A DNA stretch of 64,000 bases from Perkinsus olseni (Eukaryota). A model generated the notes under the pieces. That model had not been told where the DNA came from and made no database searches. It saw nothing but the letters and a program-made list of their open reading frames with translations. The first letter of the stretch is position 1, and the number at the start of each line of letters is the position of its first letter. Position numbers and translations under genes: made by a program. Positions 13,695 through 24,768 of the stretch are shown here, in pieces. The DNA lies in NCBI GenBank assembly GCA_013115125.1, contig JABANN010000035.1:1-64000 (forward strand), read 5' to 3'.

Positions 13695-15472
13695 TCATAC
13701 GGCTCGGTTGGGGTCTGGTCTATCGGCCGGTAGTATAGCCGGCATTGCGGTGGTCGGTTGGCCAAGTTTACGGGTCTGGATCTCTTGCTGCAAGTCTTCG
13801 TATTCATCAGGGATCTAGTGAGGAAGGTATCTTACCTCGAACCATGCAAGATACGAAAGAGGTCACCTCTGACTGAGTTGGGCCGAACAAATACGTCAGT
13901 GTAATCTCATCCACTGTGTCCATCCTTCGATCATCCATGATATCCGGATCGATAAAAAAGAATACTGGCATGTCCACTTCCTAAACCGACCCCAAGGACC
14001 TCCACGACCGAGATGACTCCACCCGGCGCCTACCTCATGCGGCCCCAGCAGCTGCTCGTCGAAACAGAAGCACTGTATCTTATTAAAGTACAGCCCGGCC
14101 TCTAAGGGCAACATATGATACGTTGACATACCTGTACTGGAGATTGAACACGATCGCTGGAGCGCGAATGCCATACCGCTCACAACGATCAGCAAGAACC
14201 CGACTCAGCTACCCTCTATACGACTGTCAGAGTCGCGTCGTCGTCGTCGGCGGGCTTCGGGTGACGCGAAGCAGAAGAGTTACGATGAGAAATGCCGGTT
14301 GTGAGGGGCGGTACAGCGCTCCCCGAGCCGCTATCCTTACCTATGATGGGTTTGTTAGTCCTGTTTTTAGCTCGGAAGAACGCCAGAGCCGTCTCACCAG
14401 GGGTTACCTGAACTAGTGGTGGTGAGAGGAGCCTCGACAGTTGGCCGCCACCACGCATCCTCACGGCCTACGTGCAGTGTGAAGATATCACACTAGGCAT
14501 ATCCTAGGTCGATCATGGGCAAGGACGAAAAACCTCGGACGTACATAGACGGATCGCTGCTCCGGATAGAAATCCCACTTGAGCGTGCTCTGCACCGCCC
14601 CAGCAAAGGTAATCTTGATAATTCTGACAAGAAAAGACGTCATCCGCCGACCAAACCACAGCCGACCATAACCTCTTGCTAGCTTCCCCTTCCTTAGGCG
14701 GCGGTTTATACTCCTTATGTCCCACCGTCGCGAACTGAGACCGACACCTCCACGGCCGAGTTCGAAAGGTTGAGGCGACGTGGTAGATGGATACTCACAC
14801 CTCCCGTGGAACCTTGGCCCGTGGACTTGCAGTACATGTCGTACAATGGTACCGCTACGAAACACATGCCAAACATGAAAACCTGAACCAGTGGAATGGC
14901 GTCAAGGGTGGACGTAGGCGAGTGGGAATGGTTGTGAGCTTTGGCAAAGAGTAACCAGTGGGAATGGGAGAAGATACCGGAAAGTATTGAGTAATTTGGA
15001 GACACTTCGTAAGGCAGATAAGACGACTACTCCTCCCGGTCGAGGAGGAGACGAGGGCCATTGTAGTAGGTCATGAGGGCAGTATGAGGCGAGCCACAGC
15101 AGCAGCAGCAGCAGCTCACGCCAGATGACAGCCAAAGGAAAGACGTGTTGACACTTCTCGTCCGCTTATCGGTCTCCTTTTTAACCTGATGATTTACCTT
15201 GCCCTGATTATTCCTGTCCGACGATTAGACGCCCACCTTGCCGTAGAGCCAGCTGCCACTCCCACCATCTGGGGCGTGCTTCCGCCACCGCCCTGAACCG
15301 TGTATCCGTGAAGCAGCCGTTGGAGCCTCCGTTGCGAAGGCTCTTCCCAAATGGCGTATCTTAACTCCACCGAGCTCGCACAAATACGGGAGCCCCACCT
15401 CACGGTTACCAAATGCCTCTTCTCTTCTGAAAAGCTGGACGCCCTCCACCGAAGCGACTGAAGAGGCCTCAT
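13695..15472 (-). CDS. COX11: Cytochrome c oxidase copper chaperone Cox11
   Basis: FGMCFVAVPLYDMYCKSTGQG, LKWDFYPEQ, VTPGETALAFFRAKN, STYHMLPLEAGLYFNKIQCFCFDEQLLGPHEEVDMPVFFFIDP (CFCF copper motif); Arg-rich N-terminal transit-like peptide. Confidence 0.95.
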
Positions 15473-15955
15473 AGTTCAACCAAATCTACGGAAGGTGTGG
15501 TATTGCACGCATGCACACACCCGCCGTGAATTGAACTTGACGCAACAACATACCCTGACTTGATAAGGCCTCTCGAGAAAGTTGAACATCGTCGACATTA
15601 CGCGGAGACTAACATCACGACACCGCTTATAAAAAGTTCATCGTCGTCTTTCGTATCATCATTATTATTATCATCGCCACCACGCAAATGGAGTCAATTT
15701 TTTCATCATCCCTTAGAGGAGAGGGAGTCCCTCAAGAGACTCTCACAGCAACACCTGTTGCCACGGTCGGACGATACTACAAGACTACTGCTTATCAAGA
15801 CCAGACCAGCAGTCACCCCAAAAAGGGAAGGGGGCGACGTAGCCTGATTTTTTACTAGAATTAAGGACAGAATCGGGGAGGCTTGGAAAACCCGAGTGAC
15901 CTCGAGGTATGTGAGAATGATAAGATTAGAAGAAAAAAGAATAATAATATGGATC

Positions 15956-16141
15956 CTATTCTCTACTACTGCTATGACCGCGCGCCACGAAAATACGCAC
16001 GATAGGGCAACAGAGGGGCTGTCCAGTGACCGATGTCGAGGACGGCGGAGTAGAGAACCGCACACGTCGTAATCTCGAAGGAACGGACCTATAGAAGCCG
16101 TTTGTTAGACCAGAACAAGCGATAAGGACTACAAAAAGCAC
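15956..16141 (-). CDS. Possible last exon of a small RVxF-motif protein (RRVRF)
   Basis: ttctatAG acceptor then RSVPSRLRRVRFSTPP; upstream exons not resolved. Confidence 0.25.
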   Translation of the reverse strand: MLFVVLIACSGLTNGFYRSVPSRLRRVRFSTPPSSTSVTGQPLCCPIVRIFVARGHSSSRE

Positions 16142-17267
16142 AGAGCAAGCAGCAGCGAGCTTCGAAGCCGCACTGCTGCTGCTTAACAGATGAACAGATG
16201 ATGATGACTATTAATACTACTACTAATAATAATAACGTATCTTGGACCGTGGCCACCACACTCATACCGACGAATTGGCACGACGCGGATCGGGTTAAAG
16301 CCGGTCCGCGTCGATACCGCACCGAAGGACTATCAATCGTGTAAATTTGATATTGTTATGAAAGGATAATATATTACTGAAGAGGTAGAGGCAGTAAAAG
16401 ATGTTGCTGATGATGTCGTCGATAAGGCCTGTCTCGCGGTAGGGGCCGATCGCCCCTCGAGAGCCATCAACGACCACAATGTAACAACCCTGTTCGAGGA
16501 GGGCACCAGAGCGATGATCATAAGCTCTTCTACCACTGGCTGCTGAGAGCAGCCCGAATCTGCTTTTGAGAGTGATCACTCCGGGCTTCGCTCCGTCGAG
16601 CAATAACGAGAAAATGGAACAGAATGAAGACCAGTACTCCGAAGGTTGGAGCAACAGCGGTACCGAAAGAAGGGTCTCTCGGTGAACCATGCTGCTGCTC
16701 GGTAAAACAACAAAAATAGTAACCACGACGCCACAGTCCTCGTCCTCGAATGTCGACAAGCTGTTAATCCACATTTATCTACCGTGGGCTGCTAAGAATA
16801 GGTTCCCAGTAGGCCCTTCATTGTGTAGAGAGAGCCTCTAAATCGGTATCATCTTCATCATCATCAACAACAACATCACCATGAGCATTCTTCTAGCCGC
16901 ATGCTCGCCACGATGTCGTCGTTGTGCTTGGGGACTCCGATTATGGACTGCTGGACGGGTAACTACCCCAAGGGGGGCAAAGGAGATACAACAAAGGTAG
17001 ACAGCAGCAGAGGCAGAGCAGCAGCTCGCCCAGGAGGGCGCCAAGTAAACAGCATAGTATAGAGACTACTACTACGATTGGGCAATACTACACTGTAGGA
17101 TGGAGTAGCCGCACGACCACTGCTGAGTATGATGATAAGAGCAGAGAGCTGGAGTGTACCAGCATGGTGCAATGCACCAGACGTCCTTCAAAGCCTTTGT
17201 GCCGTCCTCGTCGATCGTCATACACGAGACAACGACGACGACATCCAAGCGTCGGCAAGTGCTACTA

Positions 17268-17798
17268 TTAGAACGCATAAACTCCTCCTCTAGCGACAGC
17301 CTTGGTAGCTGTTTGTTCTGCCAACTTTTCCGCTTGTTTTTCGTCAGGAGCACCATCATAGTCCGCAGTTCTGCCCAGAGAGACGGAGATCAGTCGATCG
17401 TCGTCAAAGGTGTACTCGACTTGCTGTGGACGGAAATGGACACTCGCTCCGCGCGGACGGGTATCCTCGTCGTAGTCCTCGTAGATATCACCGTATATTG
17501 ACGCGACTGTGGAACATAGCGAGACTGATGACGGTGAGTGCTTCTCGCACGACGCTAGTGACTGTGGTGAATCTGATAGAAAAACCGTAAAAACCAGGGG
17601 AGGCACCCTTGACCCAGGCAGCAACTCACCAACGGTGAGCTCGTTCTGACTAAGCATACTATCAGCCTTCGGAGTTTCCTTCTTCAAAATGCTCCTCCTC
17701 GAGGCGACTGGCTTACTGCCTGTACGCCCTCGGGTCATCCTATAACTACTTGGGCGGACCGGTTTGTCCGGGACTGCCGTACGACTGAAAAAAGACAT
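17268..17798 (-). CDS. Small disordered protein with SILK and RVxF-like motifs (putative PP1 interactor)
   Basis: ATG at 17798; RRSILKK then RGASVHFRPQQVEYTFDDD. Confidence 0.65.
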   Translation of the reverse strand: MSFFSRTAVPDKPVRPSSYRMTRGRTGSKPVASRRSILKKETPKADSMLSQNELTVGELLPGSRVPPLVFTVFLSDSPQSLASCEKHSPSSVSLCSTVASIYGDIYEDYDEDTRPRGASVHFRPQQVEYTFDDDRLISVSLGRTADYDGAPDEKQAEKLAEQTATKAVARGGVYAF

Positions 17799-18378
17799 GA
17801 TTAGCGACAAAGCAGGGAAGGAGTGGTAGCAGCAGAAGGCGACCGTCCTACCATCCTCGCATAGCCGGCTTGAAGCACCCAAATACACGAGAAAGCATAA
17901 ATATAAAAGTAGTATTAAAATAAGCAAGCTAACATGGACGATGAACAGTACCACACTCAGCGGACCAGAGATCATCGAGAAGCCGCCAAGGCTGAGAGGG
18001 GTTGTCGTTAAATACACAGTAGCTGAAGAGAAAAGAAGCAAAGGGGGGAAGAAGAGAATCCAATACGGTCTGTAATAGCATCCGCTAACGACACAAGCAG
18101 GGAGACAGGATGGACACAACGAGGACCCTAGGATATGATGAAGCCAACAACACTACACGGAGGAGGCGAAGAGGTAGCGAGGTGGAGTTATAATCCGTAG
18201 GATTCAGCAAAGGGGAATGGCGACAACAAAGACGGTTAATAATGGTATAAACCAGAGAAAGGTCATTGCGGTCGTTGGTAGGCTCATCATCATCAGAACA
18301 ACAAAACCAACGACCCTGAATGGTATAATCGTAGCAGCTGGCGGCGGCGGCGCGAGTAAGCGCTCTTATACGGCAAGT

Positions 18379-18996
18379 TCACGAACCATTGACGTGGTGA
18401 CTGCCCAGGGAGGCGATGAGACCCTTCGGGGCCCCTTGAGCGCTCGGCAACCGATGGAAGTGAGGACGATCTACCAGGACCTCAGTATGGCTTCTTAACC
18501 GCTGGCGAACCTCTTCGGGAGGGCTCTCGCTCCCGTAAGAACAGCAGGATACCGATTCCTGGAAGTGGACCAGCGGGGCGGCCTGCATCGATTGGCTCCG
18601 TGGCTTGCTTTCCAACGCTCGATCAGCCTTCCGTATACTAGTGTCATCCGCTGATGGAAAGTGAGCTCGCCCCTCTGAACAACGAGACACATACACAACA
18701 CCGGTACTGCTGCTGCTGCGGGCCTTACTCCACCGGAGTCGCCGATTGACCTCCTCCCTGGTATGCTCATGACCCTGGGCGTCCTTAGCTCGCTCCGCTC
18801 CTATTCCCTTCGGGCCGAACAAAATGTCGAGGCACCCCGGAGTGTAGCCGCGCCTAGTTTCCCCTTCCGGATGCTGTCCACTACTAGACGAAGGTTCATT
18901 CTTAGCGCCAGCTCCGGACGTCTCTTGAATCGGAGCAACGGTTGGAGCAGTAGCTGCCTCCTGGGGATTTGGTGATGGTGCGGTAGCAGATCTCAT
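18379..18996 (-). CDS. Small disordered protein with VxF-x8-Y motif (putative PP1 interactor)
   Basis: 205-aa ORF containing APLVHFQESVSCCSYGSESPP. Confidence 0.55.
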   Translation of the reverse strand: MRSATAPSPNPQEAATAPTVAPIQETSGAGAKNEPSSSSGQHPEGETRRGYTPGCLDILFGPKGIGAERAKDAQGHEHTREEVNRRLRWSKARSSSSTGVVYVSRCSEGRAHFPSADDTSIRKADRALESKPRSQSMQAAPLVHFQESVSCCSYGSESPPEEVRQRLRSHTEVLVDRPHFHRLPSAQGAPKGLIASLGSHHVNGS

Positions 18997-19315
18997 AAGA
19001 ACAGAACTAACTCCAATAGCTGCGCGAGCAATGGAAGCATAGACGTAAGAGCCTTCAGGCGTCTCCAGGGCATAGAGACTGTCTCACTCAGGAGACCCTT
19101 CCGGACGGCAGTGGACAAACTGAACGGTGGAATCCCCCCGCTCAACTGATGCGCCGCCATGACCCCAACAGAAGCTGCCCCTTCCCGACCAGTACGAAGG
19201 CCCCAACACAAATCAGTCACTCATCGTTCTGCACTCAGGACTGTAAGAAAAATCTGTCGTTGAGCGGAGCGAAGCTGATACGACACAATAACGTGTAGCC
19301 TTATTATTAAAGTCA

Positions 19316-19351
19316 TCATAATACTGGAAGTGGTCATAATACTGGAAGTGG
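19316..19351. repeat. 18-bp tandem duplication (TCATAATACTGGAAGTGG)x2
   Basis: Direct reading. Confidence 0.9.
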
Positions 19352-19420
19352 AGCAAGAACAACAATTAGGTGGACATATTTCCATTCACGAATGATACAC
19401 TCGAACCACTAAGAAATCGG

Positions 19421-19768
19421 TCACCGGACCTCAAACACAACTCCTAGACGATCGCTATTCTTACCAACACGACAGCGGAGACTTCGGCGGGCTTCTCTCG
19501 GATGGCCCCGTTGAGAGTCCCGGAGCGGCTCCAGTGTGCGGAGGGTTCGCGGATAGCTGCGGCCCGATGAGCGAAGCATGGCAGCCGATTCATAGGTGAG
19601 ACGATCCGTGATGGGGTTGAACGACACGACCCTGGAAGTGCTACTGGCTTCGGACGATGATGAACTGACACTTGTATCATCACCTAAGGGCGGTGGTAGT
19701 ATGGTGGCCAGTGCATGATTGCCTACACTCAGTCCACCGCTGGCAGAGGAAAGGGGCGACGAGATCAT
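19421..19768 (-). CDS. Small Ser-rich protein with RVxF-like motif
   Basis: SSSSEASSTSRVVSFNPITDRLTYE. Confidence 0.55.
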   Translation of the reverse strand: MISSPLSSASGGLSVGNHALATILPPPLGDDTSVSSSSSEASSTSRVVSFNPITDRLTYESAAMLRSSGRSYPRTLRTLEPLRDSQRGHPREARRSLRCRVGKNSDRLGVVFEVR

Positions 19769-20665
19769 CACACTAGCAAATCGATCATTCTTAACGAGGG
19801 GAAGCTAGCACAAATCGCGAGTGCTTCCATCAAGCCACTACGAAAGCGGCAACATCCTTGTGATGCGCCAGCCGGCTGCTGCTGCTCCCTCGCTCACGTC
19901 TAAGAAGGGATGGTCTCTTGTCAACGTCCGATCTTGAGGGAAGCGACCTGATCAGCGAGGCCACTTAAGACCTGGGCAGCATTCCCAGCCCACTGGCGGA
20001 CTCCCCCCTCGCCAAACGCCCGCAGGGTAGGAGCCACGCCTCGAACGGTGGACACAGTGGGCTACTCCCACTACTACGGTGGATACTCCCTAGTAGCTAG
20101 TAATGGCAATATTCAGTCACTACTACTACTACCCCTGCGCAATCTCCTTGTTGGCTGTAATGATGTGTAGTCTCCTAAGGACCAATAAGATACATGACTT
20201 GATAGCAGCTCTACAAGTAGGCGTCGAGTTGGGTCTGATGATGATAGAGGGAGACCATGTACGGCAAGACGCGGCATGACGTAGGGAATACATATATAGC
20301 AACACAGCATTGTGAAATGGACAGCCGACTTCCTCTGTAGTAAACAAACGCAAAATCCCAATATTCAATTCGAGTGTGAAAACCCTTGCGTAATACTGCT
20401 GTTGCTGATGGGTCTCCGAAGCGGATCGTTTGAAGCGACATGGGAGGTAGGGGTAGGGTTTGGTCGGGCTCAACAAGACTATCACAAGGGCAGCGGTAAC
20501 TACGGTTTCAATGATGGTAGTTGTAATAGTAGCGATCTTGATGATGAAAAAATGAGGGAAACGGTGAAAAACGGAGAGCCCCCTATACAAGAAAAGGACA
20601 ATGATTGTGTGGCTGACTGCCACTTACCTACCACGTAATAATAACGGGAGGAAGAGCTACCGGAC

Positions 20666-21320
20666 CTAGACAACAGCCTTCGCGAGGCGGTCGCAGTAGC
20701 GGTTGTGGTGCTTTATTCGATACTTCGACGGTGTGCACAGGAGCTCGAGCTCACAGGAGCGACGGCCGCGCGAAGAGAAGACCGATTCCTCCAAGCGTCG
20801 GTGGTGGTGCGATGGAAGCTCCTTCAAGTAATAAGATATCTCTACGTTAGCATTGAAGTGTACTGAACGTCCGCGACCCCGGGGAAGAGGAGGGCTGCTC
20901 ATAGGTGCCACGATCTCACCATGGCCTAAGATAGAGTAAAAGATACACTCGCCATTCGACCCCGCAATCACAACGCTCTTTGACGAAATTGTGAGCGTAG
21001 GGGTGAGTTGATCCGACGTAATACCACATTTCTCTCCTAACGTGCGGCCGCCATCAGCATCCTCATCATCAGCCTTCCCGCTGGGGTGGTCCACATCCCT
21101 GAAAATAAGCCATGAGGGTACGGTGAATGTCGACACAAAGCAGCGCTCACTGATGCAAAGGGACGGCGGCGGCGAGGTCCAGGCCCTCTCCCAAGGCCAG
21201 AGTGGAGGAGGAGGACGACAGGAGTTTGTAGACGAGTTGGAAAAGTCCGCGAACGGGACGAAACTGTCCTGAATGGGAGGAGGGCCCCTCAAGGGAGCTA
21301 GAACCAACAGGAAGGGTCAT
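20666..21320 (-). CDS. Small protein with RVxF motif, at least two exons
   Basis: Exon 1 MTLPVGSS..RGLFQLVYKLLS; GTgagc...ttttcAG intron near 21099-21150; later RGRGRSVHFNANVEISYYL. Confidence 0.6.
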
Positions 21321-21686
21321 GAAAGTGATGAATCTGAGTGGAGCCAGCGGACCTGCGCCAACCAGCACAACAGTCGTTCCAATTGATACATGCTGGTTGA
21401 AGCTATCGAGTACCATAGGCTTGTGACACCACACTCATGCTGTGGACTAGTCAGGTTGATAGCAATGAATGACGGGAAAGTTGGTAACATCCCTTCGTGA
21501 TGGTCATTAGGCCGCATCGAGGCGGACGACGATACAGGAGAATCTAGGACGATACCACACCATCAAGAACATGTCCGAAACACAACCAAGTGGCAGAGTC
21601 CCACCAACCCGCCAAAAAGGGACCTCCCGAGCAGTAACCTCACATTCGGAGACCACCTTGCTGTTCGGCTGAGAAACACTGTTAGG

Positions 21687-22665
21687 TCATGGCTGAATCA
21701 TAATTGCAAGATATGGACGTAGCGAGACTATGACCATACCGTATTTACCACAATAATGAATATCAAAAATAATAAATAAAGAGGAATAATAAATAAATAA
21801 AATAATACCACTCCAACTTGAAATAGACTTTAACTCAAGGTAATAAGGGTGTAGTAGATCAGTAGCACTCACTTCCTCGAACGACATGAAAAAAGGATTG
21901 AGCCAAAACCATGAACCTTGTGGAGCCCTCGCCTTCAACAACTGAGAGGATCGTCCCCTACCATCACTACCCTGACTCTCTGTGACGGACCATTCAGCGT
22001 CTTCTCCCCATGCCACCGAACGCATCCCGATAGCTACTACCGGAGTAACGTATGGTGAGGCCACAACAGAGATGAAGCACTGAACACAAGCAGGCGACGG
22101 TCAAGAGAAAGCCGCTACAAGGTGATGGGCGGCTGCCAAGAGATGCCGACGATTCAACCTATGATAACCATCTCAGTGGGCCGGAACCCTTTCCGGAAAA
22201 TTATCATCATGTTGACGAGTATCATTTGCGAACAGCCAAAAAACAGCAACATCGAGACCATATGACCGACAAATGAGTTGTGGGACTTCACTACAGACTG
22301 AGGCAAAAGACGACAGCCCAAGAGCAGCACGACGGCCACCCTTACGCTGGCCTAGCCAACGATGCAACAATACCACCCTAGAAAACAACCGAGAACAACA
22401 CTGTTTTTCGTAGCATTGCGGATAGGTCGAAGATGCGGTACTGATGCACCACCATGCTGGATCCAAAAGGGAGGCGTCACATACGACGCGCTTAAACGAC
22501 CGACCTCCTTCACGGCCGCCGCCAACGCAGCGGCACTGGCGGAAGAGCTTAGCGTATCCAGAGGTTTCAGATTGTGATTTTCGAGTTTAGTAGACACTAT
22601 TGGTGATCGCGAAAGAGAATGAGATGAGGGAGGCCTGGGGGATAGGGGACTTGCAACAACACCAT
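21687..22665 (-). CDS. Probable multi-exon small protein with RVxW motif; boundaries uncertain
   Basis: MRSVAWGEDAEW in ORF 21687..22064; upstream low-complexity coding-like segments. Confidence 0.35.
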
Positions 22666-23067
22666 CTCCGAGAGATCCTCACCAACCTCAACACGCCGCC
22701 TGACGAGTACTATACTCGAATGGCGACGGGAGACCTCTTCAGGACAAACCAAAATAAAGCAAATTATACACAGCCATAAAAAAGGAGCCAACGCTGCAGA
22801 ATTGTATGGAGGCACTGAAACGGCCTCCAAGGTGACGGGAGTGGTCGAAATGGTCAGGCCGCACTACTGTGCCTGCTAGATTCCACCAAGGGCAGCAGCA
22901 GGCGGCAGCAGGGGCTTTCACACTTCAGCGCACCCCTTGGCAAAATGATATCCGAGCGCGTAGCGTGGACGGTGAGAGGTAGCCAGTGAGTATAGAACAA
23001 CAAAGGGGAGTGGTACGGAGTCTTGAACGACTATCAAAAAGAGAACAGCGACATAGAGTATCTACAT

Positions 23068-23805
23068 TTACGAGACGACACTGCGAACCTTCCTGTCCAC
23101 CGAGACTGATGCCATGGTACGATCCCTCCTCAGTGCAGCCACTTCGTACCCACTCAAGGGCCTCAGGAACACATCGCTCATCACAGTCGTCTCTCGACGC
23201 CTCGGCCGAGCCAGGTCTGCCGCATACGGCCACCTTGGAGCAGGAGTCCGGTACTGCCGCCGGACCGGCGACCGTTTCATTCTTCTGCCACTCGCCTTGC
23301 TCGTGAGGCCAGTGATCTTGTGGTGACAGCTTCTCAGTCGTGTCACCACATCACCAGCATCGTATTCAACCACGTTAGCCACCCCTTGGAAAGTGACCTT
23401 TTTCGAGCGGGTTGGGTCTCCCTCCAATACAGCCGACAAGGCGCTCAGAGATGAGGAGTGCGAGCGAGCGCTGCGAGACGCGGACGCCTCAGTGGACAAA
23501 CTCCTTAAATCATCGTCGTCATCTGACACGAAGACTCTCTACAAGCCCTCAGCCGCCATCCCCGTACCTGCAGTATCGTCCTCGGCGAGACACGTCCGAG
23601 TTCTCTCAACTTTGCCCAGGGTCAGTCCCGCCAGTCTTGCTTGCTCTTTACCACGGCTCCTAGGGCCTCCTACTGGCGGTAACGAGGTTGGGAAAATCGA
23701 GAAAGTATCGGGAGCTTCCGATGCAGCGTCGGGCTGTTGACGTTTCCGGCCCTTGAAGAAGTGCAGTACTGCCGTGAAGCAACCGGTCTGCCTGGGAACC
23801 AGCAT
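23068..23805 (-). CDS. Small protein with canonical RVxF motif, two exons
   Basis: MLVPRQTGCFTAVLHFFKG...; a 45-nt GT-AG intron removes the TAG at 23539-23541 and restores TADDDDDL; then RSKKVTFQGVANVVEYD. Confidence 0.65.
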
Positions 23806-24420
23806 ACCGGTGGAAAAGAGGGGCTGAACTGAGGGGCAGGAGAGAGTGACCACCAGCTCGATAATGATGCTGAACTCAATACGACCTGCCAAGCCGTAAA
23901 GAGGCTCCAAGTTTAGCGGAACCGCACTAGAGGGGAAAAGCGGGTGAAATTGTGTCCAACAGCGTAACTTCAAGTGCACGTGAGAACGGAGGCGACGCCT
24001 GACGGCCGGAAGTAGAGTTGGTCGTGTGATGGTATGGTTACAGGCTGGGCGCCTACGATGAGCATCTTTCCAAAACCTCGAGGGTCTCGCTGTTTCCGCT
24101 GTCAACCAAGTACCCCTCTCAGCATTCTTACCGCCACGGAATCATCCCAGGCGAGTGCGTACACGTACCTAGGAGTAGTTTGCGCGTCCAGCACGCGACA
24201 CCGCCAAGGCTGGGCGAGCGCTTTTTACATTGCCAAAGAGGAACAATTTTGGGCGAGCGAGATTTTTTATGCGCGTTAGTCTGTCTCCTGCCGGCGTTGC
24301 GACAGCTCATGATGCGAGAATTTGGTCGTCAGGTCGTCGCTCTCAGGTTGGATCTTCTTCGGCCAAGCTTGACGTACCTCCCCGGTGACTCTGTCCTTCG
24401 TAGGCCGACTGCCTTCCCTC

Positions 24421-24477
24421 ACTCTTCGATCTTCCTCAGGTAATGAGCCGCTCATTACCTGAGGAAGATCGAAGAGT
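24421..24477. repeat. Perfect 57-bp palindrome (28-bp arms, 1-nt centre)
   Basis: ACTCTTCGATCTTCCTCAGGTAATGAGC-C-GCTCATTACCTGAGGAAGATCGAAGAGT. Confidence 0.97.
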
Positions 24478-24768
24478 ATGAGATCATTATGAGCGTTTCC
24501 GGCATCTAGACTGATCACACTACGTCTAGGAACGTATCTTTTATTTCGTTTGTCACACGGAGTAACATAAGATTCATAAGGACCTTCTATCCGCGTGTGT
24601 AAGGGTGCAACCATGAGGGAGGCGGAGTAGGGAATCTCGAGGTTGAACCGCGTCACGGACAAGGAAAAAGATACCTCTCAGTCTCACTCCTGCGTACCTG
24701 TCTTGTTGCGTTGAGTCTGTCACCTGAAGGGGAGTCTATGGTTCGATATCAGCGTACACTGCCCTTGC

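Noticed and set aside
20113-20361. RKSAVHF as another member of the RVxF array
   Set aside because: No aromatic at F+9, no convincing start or splice context, and the region looks like UTR; not counted
21899-21912. TTTTGGCTCAA on the minus strand and AGCCATTTTG at 34027 as spliced-leader relics
   Set aside because: Only 10-11 nt matches, expected by chance, and not positioned at a gene 5' end
23539-23541. In-frame TAG between two ORFs suggesting stop-codon readthrough
   Set aside because: It lies inside a clean 45-nt GT-AG intron whose removal keeps the frame
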